Source: Candidatus Omnitrophota bacterium
Lineage (GTDB): Bacteria > Omnitrophota > Gorgyraeia > Zapsychrales > JANLHA01
NCBI GenBank assembly: GCA_029560465.1
Contig: JAKQKX010000016.1
Coordinates: 1,248-65,247 of the forward strand
DNA length: 64,000 bases
Direction of reading: 5' to 3'
Shown: positions 59,719-64,000 of the stretch, piece after piece
How positions within the stretch are numbered: the stretch's first letter is position 1
Layout of the letters: each line of letters opens with the position of its first letter
Position numbers and translations under genes: made by a program
The notes under the pieces: generated by a model
Seen by the model: the letters and a program-made list of their open reading frames with translations, nothing else
Databases searched by the model: none
Told to the model about the DNA's origin: nothing

Positions 59719-60858
59719 GTGCCCCAGGACAGGGAAAGGATGTGTGACATGGGCCTCTATGTTTGGAAATACGGATATCGAAAAATATTAGAACCTTGGG
59801 CTGAAAAATTCGCCTGGCTTGACCCGGATATCGTGAGTTACGCGGCGTTAATTATTTCGGGTTTTACCGCCGGCTGTTATGTCCTGGCCGCCGAATACCC
59901 GGTTCTCTTATTATTAGCCATCCTCCTGATTTTTACGCGGATGACCATGAACACAATCGACGGCGTGATGGCGATACAGCAGGGGAAAACAACTTTAGCC
60001 GGAGAAATCGTGAACGCCTTGCCGGACCGGTACGCGGATGTTGTGCTACTTTTGGGGTTGGTTTATTGCCCTTTTTGCCGGCAGGATTTGGCGATTTTCG
60101 CCATGGGCACGGTTTTTTTAGTGAGTTATACCGGGATGCTTGGGAAAGCCATTGGAGTGAGCTGGCAGCACCACGGGCCTTTGGGGAAGGTCGAACGGCT
60201 GATTCTTCTTATGGTGTTTACTTTAATTCAGTTATTTTCCCCCGCCCTTTCCTTCTTGGGCTTTAGCTTGAGCCCTCTTTCCTGGTGCATGGTGTTCTAT
60301 ATTATTCTTGGGCAGATAACGGTGTTTAACAGGCTGCGGGGACAGCTGCGGGAAGTGTGTTTAAAGGAATGGCCGGCCAGCCGGGAGCGGCAGGCTGTCG
60401 CCGGGAGGGCTTTGGTTGTATATGATTCGCAAACCGGAAACACAAAGATCATCGCGGAAAGAATAGCGTCAACATTATCGGTAAAGTGCTGTTCGGTGAA
60501 AGAACCTTTTGATGACAGGCTGTATGACTTGGCTATTTTTTGTACTCCTAATATCCGGGGGAATTGCACCGCGCGCATGGTGGAGTTCCTTAAGAAAACG
60601 CCCCCTCGATTTAATTATTACGGTATTGTCGTGAGTTATGGGGCGCCCCTTTGGGGCTGGCCGACAGCCGTTAAAACCGGGTGGTCTGTGGCAAGCCGGC
60701 TGGGCGGCCGGCCGTTAAAATGTTTTTTGGTTAAGGGGTATCACGCGAAATTTAAAACTTATAAAGGGCGGCCGAATCGGGCGGATCAGGACAAGGCCGC
60801 CGTGTTCGCCGTAAGTGTCGCGCGCAAAATGATCAAAAGGAGCGCCTATGAACAATGA
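59719..60858 (+). CDS. Fusion protein: CDP-alcohol phosphatidyltransferase-like membrane domain + C-terminal flavodoxin-like domain
   Basis: N-terminal ~230 aa with 5-6 TM helices and a CDP-OH-P-transferase-like motif NTIDGVMAIQQGKTTLAGEIVNALPDRYAD (DG..A......G.......D...D). The C-terminal domain begins ALVVYDSQTGNTKIIAERIA, the flavodoxin FMN phosphate-binding loop signature. Start overlaps cdsA. Confidence 0.7.
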   Translation: MPQDRERMCDMGLYVWKYGYRKILEPWAEKFAWLDPDIVSYAALIISGFTAGCYVLAAEYPVLLLLAILLIFTRMTMNTIDGVMAIQQGKTTLAGEIVNALPDRYADVVLLLGLVYCPFCRQDLAIFAMGTVFLVSYTGMLGKAIGVSWQHHGPLGKVERLILLMVFTLIQLFSPALSFLGFSLSPLSWCMVFYIILGQITVFNRLRGQLREVCLKEWPASRERQAVAGRALVVYDSQTGNTKIIAERIASTLSVKCCSVKEPFDDRLYDLAIFCTPNIRGNCTARMVEFLKKTPPRFNYYGIVVSYGAPLWGWPTAVKTGWSVASRLGGRPLKCFLVKGYHAKFKTYKGRPNRADQDKAAVFAVSVARKMIKRSAYEQ

Positions 60859-61756
60859 CGCCAGGACAGTTGTGTGGATTGCCGGTTCCCTCCTGGGGAT
60901 TTTTGGCCTGATCGTGATCATCTGGTCCGGCATCGCCAAAGCCCGCGGGCAGAATGTTAAAACCATCTGGACGCGTTATCTCGCGTGGTTTTTGATCGCG
61001 CCGCCGCTGATTATCCCGTTGATTTGGGGGAGGGTCCCTTTTATTATTTTGATGGGGTTCCTTTCGCTTTTGTGTTTCCGGGAATACGCTCATGCCGTCG
61101 GCTTGTGGCGGGACAAGGCCCTCATGTGGATTTGCTATATAGGGATTGCCTGCATCTACGGGCCCATTTTTGGTTTTGAATACGGGATATTTCAGGCCAT
61201 GCCCATTTATGTGATCGCCTTTATCTTGACCATCCCGATGCACCGGGATGAATACGAGCACATGATTCAAAAAATCTGCCTGGCGGTCCTAGGGGTTGTT
61301 TATTTCGGATGGTTTTTTTCCCACCTGGCGTATTTGCGCAACCTTTCCTACGGGATGTTGGCCACTTTTTTGCTCATCCTGCTCGTGGAAAGCAATGATG
61401 CCTGCGCGTACCTCTGGGGCATGGTGTTTGGCAAACACAAATTGATCCCGCGGTTAAGCCCGAATAAAACTGTGGAAGGCATGTTCGGCGCAACCATTTC
61501 CGTGGTCGGGTTGGCGTTCGCTTTTAGGTTTCTTATCCCGTTCGTTTCCGCGGCGCACCTCGTTGTCCTGGCGTTTGCCGTGTCCGTGTTTGGCATGTGC
61601 GGGGATCTGACGATTTCGTTCATAAAGCGGGATTTAAAAATCAAAGACATGGGGAATTTGATCCCCGGGCACGGCGGATTGCTGGACCGGTTTGACAGTA
61701 TTATTTTTACCGCCCCGATCTTTTTTCATTTTTTGAGGTACCTTTATGGAGAATGA
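60848..61756 (+). CDS. cdsA: Phosphatidate cytidylyltransferase (CDP-diglyceride synthase)
   Basis: 302 aa, polytopic. CdsA signature SFIKRDLKIKDMGNLIPGHGGLLDRFDSIIF. Confidence 0.9.
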   Translation: MNNDARTVVWIAGSLLGIFGLIVIIWSGIAKARGQNVKTIWTRYLAWFLIAPPLIIPLIWGRVPFIILMGFLSLLCFREYAHAVGLWRDKALMWICYIGIACIYGPIFGFEYGIFQAMPIYVIAFILTIPMHRDEYEHMIQKICLAVLGVVYFGWFFSHLAYLRNLSYGMLATFLLILLVESNDACAYLWGMVFGKHKLIPRLSPNKTVEGMFGATISVVGLAFAFRFLIPFVSAAHLVVLAFAVSVFGMCGDLTISFIKRDLKIKDMGNLIPGHGGLLDRFDSIIFTAPIFFHFLRYLYGE

Positions 61757-62447
61757 TTGGAAATTCGACAGGCCTCCATCGGCTCTGGAGCTGGTCCAGA
61801 ATAACGTATTTTCAAATTTTCTAAGGACAGCCCTCCATGTTATCGTCCGGTTGTCTTTTCTTTGTTATCATCGTTTTCAAACCGTGCATCCAGAGCGGCT
61901 GGAAGGAATTCAATCTAAAATCATCGCCGCAAATCATTCCAGCCATTTAGACGTCTTGGCGTTGTTCAGCGCGTTTCCTTTAAAAGACATTAACAGGATC
62001 CGGACTTTTGCCGCCAAGGATTATTTTTTTAAAAACCCTTTTTTGCGCTGCGTCGGGTTCTTTTTCGCCAATGTTATCCCGATAGACAGGCAGGGGTGGA
62101 GCGCGGAATCCTTGTCTTATGCCGGGCGAGCGCTTGCGGAAGGCGGGATTTTTATCATTTTCCCGGAAGGGACGCGGTCTGTTGACGGGGAAATTCACTC
62201 CTTTCGCCCGGGAATAGGCATGCTGGCTTTGCATTATGGGGTGGCCATGGTACCGGTTTATATTGACGGGACGTTTTCATGTCAAAAAAAGGGGGACTGT
62301 TTCCCAAAACCGCATAAAATCCGCATTATCGTGGGGACCCCGATCGATTTTTCGCATTTGGAAAATAACCGGCAGAGCTGGGAAACAATAACGAGCGCAT
62401 TAGAATTACGGATTAAAAACCTTAAGGAGGAAATAAAGCATGTTTAA
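61746..62447 (+). CDS. plsC: 1-acyl-sn-glycerol-3-phosphate acyltransferase
   Basis: 233 aa. HX4D motif NHSSHLD. FPEGTRS motif. Confidence 0.88.
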   Translation: MENDWKFDRPPSALELVQNNVFSNFLRTALHVIVRLSFLCYHRFQTVHPERLEGIQSKIIAANHSSHLDVLALFSAFPLKDINRIRTFAAKDYFFKNPFLRCVGFFFANVIPIDRQGWSAESLSYAGRALAEGGIFIIFPEGTRSVDGEIHSFRPGIGMLALHYGVAMVPVYIDGTFSCQKKGDCFPKPHKIRIIVGTPIDFSHLENNRQSWETITSALELRIKNLKEEIKHV

Positions 62448-63243
62448 AAGTTTGAAGATTATATTCACGAAATTCCTTGTCCGCACGATTGGCCGGACCA
62501 GTGACGGCATACAGATGAGTTTTAAGTACGGTTTTATATCGGGCAAGATGCTTGATTATATCTATGCCAATAAGCCGGCTGGAAAGTTTCTGATCGGGAA
62601 ATGGATTGACCGGATGTATCTCTCGCATCCCGGATGGAAGGTTATCCGGGAGAGAAAAGACAACCTGGTCCGAGCCTTGACCCGGGCCATAGATTTAACA
62701 TTGAAGGGGCAGAAATCCGTTCATATTTTAGACGTCGCCTCGGGCCCGGCGCAATATATTATTGATGTCCTTCAGCGGTTCCCCGCCGATACCGTGGCGG
62801 CCGTGTGCCGGGATTACGATCCGAAATGGGTTGAGGAGGGCACCCGCAAGGCGGCCGCGGCCGGATTGACAAATATTTCTTTCGAGCAGGGGGACGCTTT
62901 TGAAGCGGACAGTTTCAAAGAAATGACGGGCACGCAGGATGTCGTCGTCTCTTCGGGTTTTTATGACTGGATTGTTGACGACGCTTTGGTTAAAAAATCC
63001 ATGAAGATTATTTATGATGTCTTGCGTCCGGGGGGCTATTTTGTGTTTACAAATCAGAGCGGGCATGTTGACCTGGACATGGTTGAAAAAATCTTTATAG
63101 ATTTTAATAAGGACCCGCTTAGGATGAAGACGCGGCCAGAGAAACTCATCAATGGTTGGGCCCAAGACATTGGTTTCGAGATTGTAGACACGGCCGCTGA
63201 CCAGAAAGAATATTATTCCGTCACATTGGCTCTTAAAAAATGA
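62440..63243 (+). CDS. Class I SAM-dependent methyltransferase (in phospholipid operon)
   Basis: 267 aa. VHILDVASGPAQY (motif I). VLRPGGYFVFTNQ. Confidence 0.7.
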   Translation: MFKSLKIIFTKFLVRTIGRTSDGIQMSFKYGFISGKMLDYIYANKPAGKFLIGKWIDRMYLSHPGWKVIRERKDNLVRALTRAIDLTLKGQKSVHILDVASGPAQYIIDVLQRFPADTVAAVCRDYDPKWVEEGTRKAAAAGLTNISFEQGDAFEADSFKEMTGTQDVVVSSGFYDWIVDDALVKKSMKIIYDVLRPGGYFVFTNQSGHVDLDMVEKIFIDFNKDPLRMKTRPEKLINGWAQDIGFEIVDTAADQKEYYSVTLALKK

Positions 63244-63379
63244 GCGTGTCCTCCTCATCCTGCCGCAGAGCCTGGAGTGTATCCTGGGAGCAGGCCGGGG
63301 AGGGGGGGCCGTTGAATTTTCAGGCTGTTCAATGATTCATAAGAGATTCAACGTCTGGCGCACACGCGTGAGGGGGAAA

Positions 63380-64000
63380 ATGAGAAAAGAACCATTATAT
63401 AAATCGACCCTGGGAAGCCTTTTGATTGTCCTATTCTTGGGTTGGGGGGGCTTTCATGTTTGGGCTAATCAGACTGGCCCGTACAAGGTCTATTATGAAA
63501 GCGGGCAGGTGCAGGAAGAAGGAAGGTACAAAGACGGCAAGAAAGACGGCCCGTTTAAGGCGTATTACGAAAGCGGACAGTTGCAGGAAGAAGGGGTTTA
63601 CAAGGACGATAATCTGGACGGCCCGTTTAAGGCGTATTATGAAAGCGGGAAACTGCAAATGGAAGGGGCTTACAAGAATAATAAGCTGAACGGTTTGTAT
63701 AAGCTGTATTACGAAAGCGGACAACTGCAAATGGAGCGAATGTTCCGGGACGATAAACAAGACGGCGAGGGAAAGGCGTATTACGAAAGCGGACAATTGC
63801 AGGAAGAGGGGATCTTTAAGGACGATAAACGGGACGGCCCGTATAAGCTCTATTATGGAAGCGGGGAGCTGCAAATGGAAGGGATGTTTAAAGGTGGCAA
63901 GAGGGACGGTGGGTATAAGGCGTATTACGAAAATGGACAACTGCAGGAAAAAGGGGTCTTTGACGGCGATAAATTGAACGGCCCGTATAAGTTTTATTCA
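63380..64000 (+). CDS. MORN-variant (YwqK-like) repeat protein, 5' partial (runs off window end)
   Basis: GAGGGGG RBS, then ATG 63380. Signal/TM segment LGSLLIVLFLGWGGF. At least eight tandem 23-aa repeats with consensus YKxYYESGQLQxEGxxKDDKxDGP. This frame is not in the ORF track because no stop lies within the window. Confidence 0.7.
   Translation, partial: MRKEPLYKSTLGSLLIVLFLGWGGFHVWANQTGPYKVYYESGQVQEEGRYKDGKKDGPFKAYYESGQLQEEGVYKDDNLDGPFKAYYESGKLQMEGAYKNNKLNGLYKLYYESGQLQMERMFRDDKQDGEGKAYYESGQLQEEGIFKDDKRDGPYKLYYGSGELQMEGMFKGGKRDGGYKAYYENGQLQEKGVFDGDKLNGPYKFYS
63470..64000 (+). repeat. 69-nt period DNA tandem repeat (coding MORN-variant repeats)
   Basis: Units such as ggcccgtttaaggcgtattacgaaagcggacagttgcaggaagaagg recur with about 75-90% identity every 69 nt. 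Confidence 0.7.

Noticed and set aside
63426-63940. ORF-track ORFs 63426-63689 (+) and 63431-63940 (-)
   Set aside because: The tandem 69-nt repeats keep several frames open. Only the frame from ATG 63380 has an RBS, a signal segment and a coherent MORN-type repeat consensus.

Overview
This 64-kb window is a gene-dense bacterial chromosomal segment of about 52-55% GC. Nearly all genes are on the + strand, and only one three-gene signalling module lies on the - strand. The gene content (Lnt, an autotransporter, beta-barrel outer-membrane proteins, Flp pilin) indicates a diderm organism. It may come from an uncultured lineage that carries very large genes, but the phylum cannot be determined from sequence alone.

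Contents in order:
- (1) A 2951-aa secreted multidomain protein (382-9237) with an internal M48-type HEXXH/EXXAD metallopeptidase module and an ABC1/UbiB-type atypical kinase module. A 766-aa paralog at 44123-46306 shares only its N-terminal (~320 aa) and C-terminal (~60 aa) modules.
- (2) A nitrogen-assimilation supercluster (13212-23940): GAF-GAF-ANTAR regulator, a leader with a promoter and two intrinsic terminators, outer-membrane beta-barrel, amtB, glnB/K, amtB, type III glutamine synthetase, class I GATase, glutamine-dependent NAD synthetase. A second operon of glutamine-dependent enzymes, carA-carB-purF-pyrG (31137-38676), follows.
- (3) Three genes at 25428-30030: an Lnt with a long C-terminal extension, a large polytopic membrane protein, and a small secreted protein. 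A ~115-aa domain is duplicated between the Lnt extension and the small protein.
- (4) tRNA-Leu(GAG), rpe, an orphan Flp-type pilin, and on the minus strand a FIST sensor / GAF histidine kinase / REC-GGDEF module.
- (5) tRNA-Glu(CUC) with a terminator, then about 6 kb encoding the 766-aa paralog, a secreted hypothetical and an 899-aa HEAT-repeat protein. The segment ends at a degenerate copy of the tRNA-Glu 3' end plus terminator, so it looks like an old tRNA-targeted island.
- (6) SAM methyltransferase, a small secreted protein, signal peptidase I, a HemN-like radical SAM and a second radical SAM enzyme, two hypotheticals, an autotransporter and a small secreted protein.
- (7) A phospholipid operon whose first gene fuses a CDP-alcohol phosphatidyltransferase to a flavodoxin-like domain, followed by cdsA, plsC and a methyltransferase.
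- (8) A MORN-variant repeat protein with 69-nt DNA tandem repeats, running off the window end.

No CRISPR array, rRNA, transposase or integrase was seen.
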